Shown one piece after another: positions 11,192 to 23,249 of a stretch of 60,041 nucleotides of DNA. Within the stretch, counting starts at the first letter, position 1, and every line of letters starts with the position of its first letter. The translations under genes and the position numbers were made by a program. Location of the stretch: contig CAUOWW010000001.1 in assembly GCA_963508345.1 (NCBI GenBank), positions 1 through 60,041 of the forward strand, in the 5' to 3' direction. This stretch comes from an uncultured bacterium. GTDB taxonomy: Bacteria > Bacillota > Bacilli > Lactobacillales > Streptococcaceae. The notes beneath the pieces were generated by a model. That model was not told the origin of the DNA, searched no databases, and saw nothing but the letters and a program-made list of their open reading frames with translations.

Positions 11192-11724
11192 TATTTCACT
11201 CTCGTACGTTTCATGTCAAAACCAAATTCACCATTTTGTGATTCATCTGGTATTTTGATATCTTCAATATTGACGACAACATCAACTGGTGTCAGCAGGT
11301 ACATAGTAGATGCTACCTTTTTCATGTTACCAGCTAAAACATGACGTGCCCCATCCAGATAGTCCAAACAACGACGTGCTTGAACTTCCGTCATGTATTG
11401 AAAATCAATCAAAATACTTTCGTTACCAGCTAATAAATCAACAATTTCTGTAGCATCTTCATATTTGCGTGGATAACGAACATCAATCGTCACCTTATCA
11501 GTATAACGTTGACTTTGCATAGCCAATTCTTGTTGACGGGCATGAAGACGAGTAATATTTTTTTCTTTAGATGGCGCAGTCGCAGCTTGTTGAGGTAACT
11601 CTTTTACGGAAGGAACTGGAGCCACAATCGGTTCCTCAGCTTTAGGCTGATAAGTATTAGCCGTATCTTCTCCATCTTCTGTAAAATAATCTATAAATCT
11701 ATCAAATCTATCTTTTAAAGACAT
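11191..11724 (-). CDS. sepF: Cell division protein SepF (YlmF)
   Basis: [23 protein letters not shown]. Confidence 0.95.
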   Translation of the reverse strand: MSLKDRFDRFIDYFTEDGEDTANTYQPKAEEPIVAPVPSVKELPQQAATAPSKEKNITRLHARQQELAMQSQRYTDKVTIDVRYPRKYEDATEIVDLLAGNESILIDFQYMTEVQARRCLDYLDGARHVLAGNMKKVASTMYLLTPVDVVVNIEDIKIPDESQNGEFGFDMKRTRVK

Positions 11725-11733
11725 CTTTCTTTC

Positions 11734-12405
11734 CTACTTAAAAAATGCTGTGCCAACTCTGACAAATGTTGAGCCGAATTCAATCGCTTCCTTGTAGTCA
11801 CGACTCATACCCATACTCAAGTCCGTCATTGGCATATTGGAAATTTGTTTTTCTCTAATTTCTAGTTGCAAATCCTGTGTAGCTTTAAAAATTTCTTTCA
11901 ACTCATCACTACTAGCTTCAAAAGGAGCCATAGTCATCAAGCCTACATATTCAATTTTATCTAAGGTTGCTAATTCTGGCAAGAGCTCCAGTAGTTCTTC
12001 CTTTGAAAAACCATGTTTGCTCTCTTCCTTTGAGATATTCACTTGTAAGAAACACTTAACAACTCGGTCACTTCTTTTCTGAATTTCCTTTGCTAGCTTT
12101 AATGAATCCAAAGCGTGGAAATAATCAACATACTGAATGACATCTTTGACCTTGCGTCTTTGCAAAGTACCAATCAAATGCCAGCTGACATCCCTGTCTT
12201 TTAAAGCTTCATATTTCTCAAGGAACTTATCTACACGATTTTCACCAATATGATACACACCTAGCGGAAGCAAAGCCTCCGCTGTCGGTACGTCTACATA
12301 TTTTGTAACAGCAACAACTGAAACAGAATTATCTTCTCTTCCTGCCTGCTGACTTGCATCTTTGATTTGTTGAAAAACACGTTCTGTATTTTCTTTCAAA
12401 TTCAT
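11734..12405 (-). CDS. ylmE: PLP homeostasis protein, YggS family (YlmE)
   Basis: AVTK, GENRV, WHLIGTLQ, SMGMSRD, RVGT motifs. Confidence 0.95.
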   Translation of the reverse strand: MNLKENTERVFQQIKDASQQAGREDNSVSVVAVTKYVDVPTAEALLPLGVYHIGENRVDKFLEKYEALKDRDVSWHLIGTLQRRKVKDVIQYVDYFHALDSLKLAKEIQKRSDRVVKCFLQVNISKEESKHGFSKEELLELLPELATLDKIEYVGLMTMAPFEASSDELKEIFKATQDLQLEIREKQISNMPMTDLSMGMSRDYKEAIEFGSTFVRVGTAFFK

Positions 12406-12409
12406 TTAC

Positions 12410-13666
<1,257 letters not shown>

Positions 13667-13680
13667 TTATTTTTCCTCTT

Positions 13681-15060
13681 TTATTCATCAAACATACTTC
13701 CGATTAAGCCACGGAAGCGATCTGCGATTTTTGGTTTATTTTGAGAAGATACTTTATCTTCTTTCGGAGCAACTACGTTCGTAGAAGCTGGTGGTTCAAC
13801 CTCTGTATTTGAAACTGGTTGAATAGGGGTAGGTTGTGACACCTGCGTAACACGTTGAATCATCCCACCAAAATTGATTGGTTGGTGACGCAAAGTATCT
13901 TCACCCTTGACTGCTCGTTGCGCTAACAAATGCACCTCAGTCAATTGACCAGCAAATTCAGATAAGCTAATCACATGAGCAAAGGCAGGGTTACGGATTC
14001 CAACTTGATTTGGAACGTAAAGTTTGACACCAACGCCAAACACTTCCTGTGCAAGTTCTACAATACCTGGTAAAATAGCATTTCCACCAATCAGAACAAT
14101 CCCACCAGGAAGATCCAACAAATGTCTTCTTTCCAACTCTTGTTTAATCTGTTCAAAAATGTGTTTAATGCGAGCTGAAATAATCTCTGCCAAGTAGCTT
14201 TCTGTAACTTCTACAGGCTCTACTTCACCAATCACTTCAACTTGGAAGGTTTCATTGCTGGCAAGTGATGGGTAGGCTTCCCCATAGTTCAATTTCAATC
14301 CTTCAGCTAATTTCTGTGAAGTCTTCAAGACTTTAGAGATATCTTTTGTGACATAATCTCCACCTTCTTGAAGAATATTTGTAAACTGGAGTTCTTGGTT
14401 ACGGATTGTAGCAACAGTTGTTTGACCTGCTCCCATATCAATCACAGTGGCTCCAAATTCACGCTCCCCTTCGTTCAAGACTGAACGAACCAAAGCCAAT
14501 GGTGAAATAATAATATTTTCAACTTGAACACCTGATCGCTCAACTGTCTTGCGTAAATTGTGAAGAATAGTACGCGGACCTGTGTAAAGTAAGCCACGCA
14601 TTTCAAGACGAACCCCCATCATACCACGTGGGTCACGAATACCTTGGAAACCATCTACGATAAATTCTTCTGGAATAAAAGTAATGACTTCACGATCTGG
14701 TGTCATACTCTTCGTCAAGGCTGATTTGACAACATTTTCAACATCTTGATCTGTAATTTCTTTTGTATCAGATGTAACGGGAATCATTCCTTGAGTTGGT
14801 TCTACTTGCAAAAGATTTCCAGGCAAACCAACATTCACTGATTTAATTGAAATGCCAGCCTTCTCTTCTGCTTGGGAAATAGCTGACTTGATAGCACTTG
14901 CTGCCGCTTCAATATCAACGATAATCCCATCCTTTACACCTTTGCTCTTGGCATTACTTACACCAATTACGTTTAGTTCACCATTTCTAAGCTCAGCAAC
15001 CAATACCTTAATGGAATTAGTTCCGATATCTAAGCCTGTAAAAAAACCATCTCTAGCCAT
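13681..15060 (-). CDS. ftsA: Cell division protein FtsA
   Basis: GLDIGT and IDMGAGQT actin-like motifs; start set at MARDGFF. Confidence 0.97.
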   Translation of the reverse strand: MARDGFFTGLDIGTNSIKVLVAELRNGELNVIGVSNAKSKGVKDGIIVDIEAAASAIKSAISQAEEKAGISIKSVNVGLPGNLLQVEPTQGMIPVTSDTKEITDQDVENVVKSALTKSMTPDREVITFIPEEFIVDGFQGIRDPRGMMGVRLEMRGLLYTGPRTILHNLRKTVERSGVQVENIIISPLALVRSVLNEGEREFGATVIDMGAGQTTVATIRNQELQFTNILQEGGDYVTKDISKVLKTSQKLAEGLKLNYGEAYPSLASNETFQVEVIGEVEPVEVTESYLAEIISARIKHIFEQIKQELERRHLLDLPGGIVLIGGNAILPGIVELAQEVFGVGVKLYVPNQVGIRNPAFAHVISLSEFAGQLTEVHLLAQRAVKGEDTLRHQPINFGGMIQRVTQVSQPTPIQPVSNTEVEPPASTNVVAPKEDKVSSQNKPKIADRFRGLIGSMFDE

Positions 15061-15273
15061 TACATCGCATCCTCTCTCTTCCAAGTTTCAAACTTCTATT
15101 CAATATAGCTAAAACAGGACATAGCTATTCACAGAATATTATAACACAAAAAATCCAATCGTGCTTAGTTTTTTCCTAAATTTACTTGCTATTTTTTCAC
15201 TTTCGCTCATCAGCTTTTTCATTTTCCAAACAAATTATAAAAAATCAGATTTATGAAAAAAGAAAGCTCATTT

Positions 15274-15978
15274 CTAAGCTTTCTTTGCAGTCATTTTTTC
15301 TGCTTCTTGTGCTAAAAATAGTTCCAAGATTTTCTTTGTTAACGTAATCGCCGCTGATAAGGCTAGGGAAACAATTAAATAATTAGCTACTAAGCCATGA
15401 TCCCCAACCAATGGTGGTTTTGTCAAGAATCCGTAATCTCCACCTGTTACTAAATTGACCACAAAAATCAAAGCATTTAGGGCAAAGGTCATGAGAAAAA
15501 TTCCCTTCACATCCAGCAATCGTGCATTATACTGTCTCAATAGATAAACTAGAGAGTTCCCCAAGAGAGCTAAGTGGCCAAAGATAAAGGATAAAATCGC
15601 AATATGTGGGAAAGGATAGGCATCTGGAACTGGATAAACAAAGGCTGCTAATGTCCCAAATGTTCCTAGTAATGCAAAATACTGCCTATATTTAGACTGA
15701 CCAGGAAGCAAGAGCACCACAAACATAGCCATACGGCAATGGTAAAAAGGTAGGCTTTCTGACAGCGGCATATGATTGACCCCATACCAACCATAAAGTA
15801 GGATTAACTGAACAGCCTGCAAGATTTGGAAAAATCGTTGGTAAGCCTTCTTTTCACGATAACGATAGGCTGTATAAAAGGTTAAGGCTAAGAGCGTAAA
15901 TATACTGACATACCAAAAAAGGTCAAATTTGGGTGGTTCTGTTGCTTGGGTCGTAAAGAAAATATCCCATAAATTCAT
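15274..15978 (-). CDS. YwaF-like integral membrane protein
   Basis: Multi-TM protein with LPFYHC and DYGFL motifs. Confidence 0.75.
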   Translation of the reverse strand: MNLWDIFFTTQATEPPKFDLFWYVSIFTLLALTFYTAYRYREKKAYQRFFQILQAVQLILLYGWYGVNHMPLSESLPFYHCRMAMFVVLLLPGQSKYRQYFALLGTFGTLAAFVYPVPDAYPFPHIAILSFIFGHLALLGNSLVYLLRQYNARLLDVKGIFLMTFALNALIFVVNLVTGGDYGFLTKPPLVGDHGLVANYLIVSLALSAAITLTKKILELFLAQEAEKMTAKKA

Positions 15979-16072
15979 CTAGTCTTCCTCATGATTCAAA
16001 ATTTTCCTGCATTTTATTATACCATGCTATTTGTCAAAAATGGATTTAGAAATACGTAAATGTTTAATAAAA

Positions 16073-17446
16073 TCACTTGTCTTCATTTTCTAAACTTTCT
16101 ACCAACTTAGCTAGATTCATAGAGTTAGAGCCTTTGAGTAGGATTTGGTCATTGACTCCAAGGCTTTCTTTGACCTGCTTGACTAGGTCTTCAAATTGGT
16201 CTTGGTCTTCTGTTTTCTTGAAGTAGTAAACGTGGCCGATTGGGAACATTTGACTGGCCAATTGGGCTAATTCAGCAATGTCTTCTCCATAGAAAATCAC
16301 GGTATCAAGCACATCTGGCGAAAGGCTCAAAATCATCTGATTATGAAGCTGAATAGACTGGCCACCAAGTTCCTTCATGTCCGCCAAAACTGCAATTTTC
16401 TTTCCACCTTCATTGGCTGGAATGGCAGAGAAAGTCTCTAAAATCAGCTTCATAGCAGTTGGATTGGCATTGTAAACATCTGATAGGATATCTGCTCCAT
16501 TGGCTGCTTTCTTCCACTCGGTACGGTTACGCGTCAATTCAAGATTTTGGAAGGCCTGATGAATTTGCTCCTCTGAAACTCCTTCTTGTAGGGCAACATA
16601 AGATGCAATCATAGCATTGGTGGCATTGTACTTGCCAGTTACTGGCAAATCAAGGGCTTGCTCCAAGAAATTGGCCTTAAATGTCAAGCTATCCTTACGC
16701 TCAACCAAATCGGTAATTTCCAACTCTGCCCCTTGCCCAAAACGGACTACCTTTTTATCAGCTGGCAAGTAGGCCTCTACAATCGGATCTGCTGGTATCA
16801 AGAGCAAGGAACCAGACACCATGCCATCAGCAATTTGCATTTTTCCTTTAGCAATTTCAGAACGGTCTTTGAAAAAGGCCAAATGGGCTTCGCCAACCAA
16901 GGTCACGATGGCTGTTTTGGGATGAGCCAATTCTGACAAGAGATGAATATCTCCCAAGTGATCCTGTCCCATCTCCAAGACCAACTTTTCTGTTCCCTCA
17001 GGCATATGGAGAACCGTGTAGGGAAGGCCAATCTCATTATTGTAGTTGCCTTGAGTTTTGTAGGTTTTATAGATTGTTGATAGCAAGTGCGCCAACATAT
17101 CCTTGGTCGTCGTCTTACCATTTGAACCTGTAACTGCAAAGACATCAACAGCCGTTTTCTCAAGATAGTAGGCTGCTAGAGTTTGAAAGGCAATCAAAAC
17201 ATCATCTACTAAAATATAAGGATGATTTGCGATTTCTTTCTCAGACAGGGTTACAGCAGCACCATTTTCAAAGGCTGTTTCGATAAAGTCATGGCCATCA
17301 CGCGCACCCTTGAGGGGGACAAATAGATCTCCTGTCGCAATCAAACGACTGTCAAACTCAGCTTTCTCTAACTGGGTATCCTCAAAAATGCTGATATCAT
17401 TTTTAGCTCCAACAGCTTGGGCAACTTCGTGGATAGTTAATTTCAT
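16073..17446 (-). CDS. murF: UDP-N-acetylmuramoyl-tripeptide--D-Ala-D-Ala ligase
   Basis: VTGSNGKTTTKD, GNYNNEIG, DVYNANP motifs. Confidence 0.97.
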   Translation of the reverse strand: MKLTIHEVAQAVGAKNDISIFEDTQLEKAEFDSRLIATGDLFVPLKGARDGHDFIETAFENGAAVTLSEKEIANHPYILVDDVLIAFQTLAAYYLEKTAVDVFAVTGSNGKTTTKDMLAHLLSTIYKTYKTQGNYNNEIGLPYTVLHMPEGTEKLVLEMGQDHLGDIHLLSELAHPKTAIVTLVGEAHLAFFKDRSEIAKGKMQIADGMVSGSLLLIPADPIVEAYLPADKKVVRFGQGAELEITDLVERKDSLTFKANFLEQALDLPVTGKYNATNAMIASYVALQEGVSEEQIHQAFQNLELTRNRTEWKKAANGADILSDVYNANPTAMKLILETFSAIPANEGGKKIAVLADMKELGGQSIQLHNQMILSLSPDVLDTVIFYGEDIAELAQLASQMFPIGHVYYFKKTEDQDQFEDLVKQVKESLGVNDQILLKGSNSMNLAKLVESLENEDK

Positions 17447-17530
17447 TTCTACTCCTTTAAAAAGGGTCGAAGCTCGAGAACTCTAGTCACCTTGCAGTGA
17501 TGGTTCTGGCTCCTACCCTCTCTTTCATTT

Positions 17531-18574
17531 TTATAGCAAATGCGCTTCGCGCTTGTCAAAGCTTTCCTGAGCAAGGTCAACCAAACGCTCGATTAGTTCT
17601 GGATAGCTGATTCCCATATTGTCCCAAAGTAGTGGGTACATAGACCACTGGGTGAAACCTGGCATGGTATTAAGCTCGTTTAGGAAAATCTCTCCCTTGT
17701 CTGTATAGAAGAAATCGCAACGAGAGAGACCGAGGCCACCAATGGCACGGAAGGCTGTTTCTGCATTTTGACGCATGACAGCTACCACATCATCACTGAT
17801 TTTGGCTGGGATGTCCATAGTAATCTTGTTATCAATATACTTGGCATCATAGTCGTAGAAGGCAACATCCTTGACAACTTCTCCTGGCAACGTGCTCTTG
17901 ACATCATAGTTACCCAAGAGACCAACCTCGATTTCACGGGCATTCACCCCTTGCTCAATCAAGACACGACTGTCATATCGGAAGGCAAGTTCCAAAGCTT
18001 GGCGAAGTTCCTCTTGATTTTCAGACTTAGAAATACCGACACTAGAACCCATGTTTGATGGTTTTGTGAAAACTGGATAAGTCAATTTTTCTTCCACTTC
18101 AGCGATTTTAGCAGTCACATCATCACCTTCGACGATGGCCACATAAGGAACTTGGGCAATACCAGCAGATTCCAACACACGCTTGGTGGTGATTTTGTCC
18201 ATGGCAAGGCTAGATGACAAGATGTTGCAACCAACGTAAGGCATTTTCAAAACTTCCAAGAATCCTTGAACAGAGCCATCCTCTCCCATCGGACCGTGAA
18301 GGACTGGAAAGATCACTGCCCCTTCTTCATAGATAGCACTTGGAGCAACTTTCTTATCCCAATCAATAGTTTCATTGGTCATGAGACGGTCCTCTTGACC
18401 AGGAGTCTGGCTAAATTCTTGCGTTTTAATAAAGTCACCTGACTGGCTGATAAAGAAAGTCTTGACTGTGAAACGATCGTAGTTGACCGCACGCATGACA
18501 CTCTCAGCTGAAAGAACAGAGACTTCACGCTCTGCACTACGTCCACCGTATAAAAGAATAATCGTTTGTTTCAT
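17531..18574 (-). CDS. ddl: D-alanine--D-alanine ligase
   Basis: [34 protein letters not shown]; start set at MKQTII (347 aa). Confidence 0.97.
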   Translation of the reverse strand: MKQTIILLYGGRSAEREVSVLSAESVMRAVNYDRFTVKTFFISQSGDFIKTQEFSQTPGQEDRLMTNETIDWDKKVAPSAIYEEGAVIFPVLHGPMGEDGSVQGFLEVLKMPYVGCNILSSSLAMDKITTKRVLESAGIAQVPYVAIVEGDDVTAKIAEVEEKLTYPVFTKPSNMGSSVGISKSENQEELRQALELAFRYDSRVLIEQGVNAREIEVGLLGNYDVKSTLPGEVVKDVAFYDYDAKYIDNKITMDIPAKISDDVVAVMRQNAETAFRAIGGLGLSRCDFFYTDKGEIFLNELNTMPGFTQWSMYPLLWDNMGISYPELIERLVDLAQESFDKREAHLL

Positions 18575-18747
18575 ATTATTTGTTCCAATTCTAATAGAAT
18601 ACTCGCTCTTTAGTATATCATATTTGCTTCTTTTTTGAAACTTGAACCTAATACTGGTCTTCAATATATTTAAAAGGAGAACGATAAAAAATATCGGTCT
18701 CCTTGATTTTTTATATAAATGAATTGAGTTTGTTAATTTGTCTAGAC

Positions 18748-19344
18748 TTACAACTCTGTCCGATTTTCAATAGCCCGTAAGAGGGTCACTTCGTCCGCAT
18801 ACTCGATATCCGCTCCCACAGCGAGACCTCTCGCCAGGCGCGTAACCTTGATCCCAGCTGGCTTGAGCAAACGTGAAAGATACATGGAAGTTGCTTCCCC
18901 ATCTGCCGTGGCATTGGTTGCTACGATTACTTCTGAAACTTCACTATCCATCAGACGAGTCATGAGGCTCTTGAGATTGATATCATCTGGACTGATACCA
19001 TTCATGGGAGATATGAGTCCATGTAAGACATGATAAAGTCCATGGTATTCTTGGATATTCTCCATAGCTGCCACATCGCGACTATCCTCAAGAACTAAAA
19101 TCGTTGTCTGGTCACGAGTCGGATCGGTACAGATAGAGCAAGGATCGTCATCAGTCAGGCGACCGCAGATGGAACAGTAGGTCAGCTCTCTCTTAGCAGA
19201 AAGGAGATTTTTAGCAAATTCATTGACATCGTCATCAGACATTCCAATAGTATAGAAGGCCAGACGGGTAGCCGTCTTAATCCCGATACCCGGTAACTTG
19301 GAATAACTATCAATTAGCTTGGCAATAGGTGTTGGATAAAGCAT
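18748..19344 (-). CDS. recR: Recombination mediator RecR
   Basis: LPGIGIKTA HhH, C4 Zn finger, Toprim domain. Confidence 0.97.
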   Translation of the reverse strand: MLYPTPIAKLIDSYSKLPGIGIKTATRLAFYTIGMSDDDVNEFAKNLLSAKRELTYCSICGRLTDDDPCSICTDPTRDQTTILVLEDSRDVAAMENIQEYHGLYHVLHGLISPMNGISPDDINLKSLMTRLMDSEVSEVIVATNATADGEATSMYLSRLLKPAGIKVTRLARGLAVGADIEYADEVTLLRAIENRTEL

Positions 19345-19354
19345 ATGTTCCTTT

Positions 19355-21412
19355 CTAATTCATTGGATGATGTTGGTTATAGAGGTTGATAATATCGCGC
19401 GCAATGGAAGGTCCGACACCATTTGTAAGGTTGGTGTTATGAGGGAAGACAACAGCTACAGCGATTTGAGGATTATCTGATGGTGCATAGGCCACAGCAT
19501 TAGTATTGTTAGCTTTTTGACCACCCTCAACATAACTTTCGGCAGTACCTGTTTTTCCACTAATAGATACCGCTGCTCCATTTGAAAAGGCACGACCTGT
19601 CGTCAGAGCACTCCCACCATGTGAAACTTGATAAAATCCTTGTTGGAGGACGGAAACATCAGACTCAGAAATATTAATTTTATTCATTTCCTTGGTATCA
19701 ATAGATTTGATTAAGTCCCCTAAGCCACCTTGTTCATTATTTCCATAAATCCCCTCGACAATGTGAGGTGCAATCCGAACACCGTTGTTGGCAATAGTTC
19801 CAACATACTGGGCCAATTGCATTGGGGTGTAGTTATCAAACTGACCAAATGCATTGGTAATGTAATTAGCAAAATTATACTCTTTTGGTATAAAACCAGT
19901 TGACTCATCTGGAAGGTCAATGCCTGTTGAGGCTCCAAGACCATATTCAGCAAAGGTCGAACGAAGTTTCCCCATAGCGGATTCTAAATTGTTAGTTAAA
20001 ACAAACATATTGGGTTGATAGGTCTGACCCATAATGCCCAAAGCCGTTTGAACCATATAGGTATTAGAAGAATACTCCAAGGCTTCCACAGCTGTAATCG
20101 GGAATGAACCGTAGGCCTGAGTGTACCAAGAATTAATCGGAGCTGAACCTTGGAAGACAATCGGTTGGTCTGTCAAGGTCTGGTTCCCTGACAAGACTCC
20201 ATTCTCCCAACCAGAACTGATGGTCGCCGCCTTGACAACCGAACCTGGGACAAAGACATTGGTTACCGTTCCCAAGGAATCAGGCGTCAACTCTCCCGTT
20301 TTCAAGTCATGTTTGAGCCCTGACATAGACAAAACTGCACCTGTTTTTGGGTTCAAAGCAACTGCATAAACACCTTCAGAATATCTAGCTCCTCCATTTC
20401 CTAACTCGGAATTGAAGTAACTCTTAAGAAGATTGTCCACGCTATCTTGAAAGGCCAAATCGATGGTCAGTTTAATATTGTTTCCTTTGGTACCGTCTTC
20501 GATATTTTCGACACTTTCCATATTGCCATACTTGTCTAGATGGATTTCTTTCACCGAGCGTTTCCCTTGCAAGGTTTCTTCATATTGTTTTTCTAGATAA
20601 GAGGTTCCAACACGGTCGTTTAGAGAATAACCCTTTTTGATATAAGCATCTGCTTCTTCAGCTGGTAGACCAGCTTTTTCACTAGATACACTTCCTACTA
20701 TAGACGAAAGTGAGGTATCTAGAACCTTTCGATCCCACGAAGTCGAAATACTAATACCAGGTAAATTCTTAGAGGCCGAAGCTATCAAGGCAATCTGTGT
20801 ATCTGTCAAGGAATCTGTCGCAACGGTTCCTGTCGCAAAATTTTCTACTGCATTGAGTTGGCTAAAGAGGTAAATTTCTTTCTTTTCGTCATCCGAGTAG
20901 GTAAATTGACTTGGATCTATGCTTTCTACTGTGTTATTGTAAAGCTCAGACTCAGATAATTGATTCCCATCAGAATCAAGGCGTTTCTCACGTGGTAAAC
21001 TTTCCACTGCCTTCTTATAAACATCTTGATCTGCTAGGTAATAGTCTGCTAACTGTCGATCAGTCAATGTTGGAGAAGAAACTCCCACATAGGCTATCAA
21101 CTTCTTGGCTGTTTCTTTTAAATCTGCAGCCGTCATCTTGTTGTTCCTTGTAAAAGATACAACTTGCTTGATGGTGTTTTCGACGAGAGGTTTCCCTGTT
21201 GCATCGTAGATTTGTCCACGAGCCGAACTAGTTGTCACCTTTGTTTTACTTGCCGATGCTAGTTTTGTCTCATAAAAATCTTCGTTCAAAACCTGCATGT
21301 AAAGCAGGCGACCAATGATGGTCATAAAGAGCAAAATAACAATTGAAAACAATAAATTAAGCCGAATCGGAATCGAATGGCTATCAAATTTTCTCATACA
21401 AGTCAGTCTCAT
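19355..21412 (-). CDS. pbp2b: Penicillin-binding protein 2b
   Basis: SVVK, SSN and KTG motifs; N-terminal TM; alternative start at 21397. Confidence 0.96.
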   Translation of the reverse strand: MRLTCMRKFDSHSIPIRLNLLFSIVILLFMTIIGRLLYMQVLNEDFYETKLASASKTKVTTSSARGQIYDATGKPLVENTIKQVVSFTRNNKMTAADLKETAKKLIAYVGVSSPTLTDRQLADYYLADQDVYKKAVESLPREKRLDSDGNQLSESELYNNTVESIDPSQFTYSDDEKKEIYLFSQLNAVENFATGTVATDSLTDTQIALIASASKNLPGISISTSWDRKVLDTSLSSIVGSVSSEKAGLPAEEADAYIKKGYSLNDRVGTSYLEKQYEETLQGKRSVKEIHLDKYGNMESVENIEDGTKGNNIKLTIDLAFQDSVDNLLKSYFNSELGNGGARYSEGVYAVALNPKTGAVLSMSGLKHDLKTGELTPDSLGTVTNVFVPGSVVKAATISSGWENGVLSGNQTLTDQPIVFQGSAPINSWYTQAYGSFPITAVEALEYSSNTYMVQTALGIMGQTYQPNMFVLTNNLESAMGKLRSTFAEYGLGASTGIDLPDESTGFIPKEYNFANYITNAFGQFDNYTPMQLAQYVGTIANNGVRIAPHIVEGIYGNNEQGGLGDLIKSIDTKEMNKINISESDVSVLQQGFYQVSHGGSALTTGRAFSNGAAVSISGKTGTAESYVEGGQKANNTNAVAYAPSDNPQIAVAVVFPHNTNLTNGVGPSIARDIINLYNQHHPMN

Positions 21413-21604
21413 TTCTATTTAAAGTCTCATTCTTCATTGTACCACAAATTGAGAAGAAAATTATGGAAAATGGGAACACTTTATTTGATTTTTAAAAGAG
21501 CTTTTCTTTTTTATTTAATTATCATTATTTTATATGGTATAATAATATCAAACAATAGAAAATTTTTGACTTTCAATTTAATATAAATCATACAAAGGAA
21601 TCCC

Positions 21605-22456
21605 ATGAACAATCAAGATATTCCCTCTATTATTGATCTCCACTTTGATGAATTAACTGAATTAGAGCAAGAAATTGCTCGCTATTTCTTACAGGTCGAT
21701 ACGATACAGGATGATTTATCATCACAAAACGTTGCTCAGAAACTTCATATTTCCCAGGCGGCTCTAACCCGTTTTGCTAAAAAGTGTGGTTTTACTGGCT
21801 ATAGAGAATTTATTTTCCAATACCAACATCAAATTGATAACCAAAATCTTCAGCTATCGACCCATAATCCTCTTATCCAAGGTGTTCTCAGAAGCTATAG
21901 CAATATGCGAGAGCAAACTCAAGAATTAATTAATGAAAATCAAATAGAACGAATAGCTAATATGATAGAAGATGCTGAAAGAGTCTATTTTTTTGGCACT
22001 GGAAGCTCTGGCCTTGTCGCTCGTGAGATGAAATTACGCTTTATGCGTTTAGGAGTTGTCTGTGAAGCCATAACCGATCAAGATGGATTTGCTTGGACTA
22101 CTAGTATCATGGATGACAATTGCTTGGTTCTTGGTTTTTCACTATCTGGATCTACTCAATCTATTCTGGATAGCTTATTAGACGCTAAAGAAATGGGAGC
22201 AAAAACAGTCCTCTTTACCAGTGTACCAAACAAAGAAAACCAACTGTATACTGAAACTGTACTGGTTGCTAGTCACAATCAATCATCCTATATTCAGCGT
22301 ATCTCCTCTCAACTTCCAATGCTTTTTTGGATTGATTTAATTTATGCTTACTTTTTAGAAATCAATCGAGAAAACAAAGAAAAAATTTTCAATAGCTACT
22401 GGGAGAATAAAAAACTTAATGGCTATCGAAGACAAAGAAGAGCTAGAAAATCCTAG
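21605..22456 (+). CDS. nanR: RpiR/MurR-family regulator of the nan locus
   Basis: HTH (SQAALTRFAKKCGFTGY) plus SIS domain (FFGTGSS, SLSG); adjacent to nan genes. Confidence 0.85.
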   Translation: MNNQDIPSIIDLHFDELTELEQEIARYFLQVDTIQDDLSSQNVAQKLHISQAALTRFAKKCGFTGYREFIFQYQHQIDNQNLQLSTHNPLIQGVLRSYSNMREQTQELINENQIERIANMIEDAERVYFFGTGSSGLVAREMKLRFMRLGVVCEAITDQDGFAWTTSIMDDNCLVLGFSLSGSTQSILDSLLDAKEMGAKTVLFTSVPNKENQLYTETVLVASHNQSSYIQRISSQLPMLFWIDLIYAYFLEINRENKEKIFNSYWENKKLNGYRRQRRARKS

Positions 22457-22479
22457 TTTGGCATTGCCAAACTAGGATT
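22444..22479. repeat. 36-bp direct repeat copy 1; terminator hairpin containing the nanR stop
   Basis: TAGAAAATCCTAGTTTGGCATTGCCAAACTAGGATT, identical at 23214-23249. Confidence 0.95.
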
Positions 22480-22517
22480 TTTATTCGTCACTAAACATAA
22501 CTCATCTAGATCCTGAG

Positions 22518-22868
22518 TCAATCATATCTTGACTCGGTCTTAAATAATTTCATGTAATCACTTTTTGAAGGGAGTAAATAAGCAAGCCTGACGGTATCCT
22601 CAACAATTGTATATAATACGATGTAATCCTTACTCAAGGTCAATCCTCTCGTTTGATAGTGAGGATCTAATCTCTTACCAAATTTTTCATCGGCATCAAA
22701 TCCAGCTTGGGGGAAAATTTCCAGCCGATTAATATCTTTTCTAATATTGACTACTTTTCGTCTCGCAGCCTCTACCGAACCAATTTCCTCTGCTATATAC
22801 TGATATATTTTATCCAGACTATCCATCACTCTAGGGGAATACAAAATCCTATATTTTTTATAATCCAT
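22518..22868 (-). CDS. Type II toxin, RelE/ParE superfamily
   Basis: 116 aa; YRILYSPRVMDSLDKIYQYIA..LEIFPQAG..YIVLYTI pattern; overlaps upstream antitoxin. Confidence 0.85.
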   Translation of the reverse strand: MDYKKYRILYSPRVMDSLDKIYQYIAEEIGSVEAARRKVVNIRKDINRLEIFPQAGFDADEKFGKRLDPHYQTRGLTLSKDYIVLYTIVEDTVRLAYLLPSKSDYMKLFKTESRYD

Positions 22869-23145
22869 AGCGTGTCACGACATCCTCATCTGTCAAGTAA
22901 TTTCCAGCCTCAATCTTGGCATAACTTTCTTGAACTTCTGCTTGTAATTGTCTAAACAAATACTCCTTCTCTAATTCCTCTTCACTAAGTAAATCTACTC
23001 CATTTGTTACGACAACATTCTTTAAAAATAATCTGAGTGCTGATGAAAGAGAGAGATTTTGTTCTTTTAACACTTCCATGGCATCATTTACCAATTCTCT
23101 ATTAGCTTGGAAGGTTACTATTTTACTTGAATTCGCTATAGCCAT
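22858..23145 (-). CDS. Type II antitoxin (RelB/DinJ-like)
   Basis: 95 aa; RHH-like N-terminus (LSLSSALRLFLK), acidic C-terminus; precedes toxin. Confidence 0.8.
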   Translation of the reverse strand: MAIANSSKIVTFQANRELVNDAMEVLKEQNLSLSSALRLFLKNVVVTNGVDLLSEEELEKEYLFRQLQAEVQESYAKIEAGNYLTDEDVVTRYGL

Positions 23146-23167
23146 TTTATATAATTCCTTTATATAT

Positions 23168-23202
23168 TTTCTTTATTATCTCACAATTATAAAGAAAGTC
23201 AA
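23168..23202 (-). promoter_or_regulatory. TA operon promoter with overlapping inverted repeat (candidate autorepression operator)
   Basis: Minus-strand TTGACT..GATAAT; TTTCTTTAT (23168-23176) and ATAAAGAAA (23189-23197) inverted repeat. Confidence 0.55.
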
Positions 23203-23213
23203 GGGAATTTGAT

Positions 23214-23249
23214 TAGAAAATCCTAGTTTGGCATTGCCAAACTAGGATT
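23214..23249. repeat. 36-bp direct repeat copy 2; hairpin containing the nanK stop
   Basis: Identical to 22444-22479. Confidence 0.95.

Noticed and set aside
15979..16072. No Nudix hydrolase gene between murF and the YwaF-like gene
   Set aside because: Difference from pneumococcus rests on recall only; no remnant visible
17461..17525. Imperfect palindrome between ddl and murF
   Set aside because: Cannot be assigned to a repeat family or RNA; may be a simple hairpin
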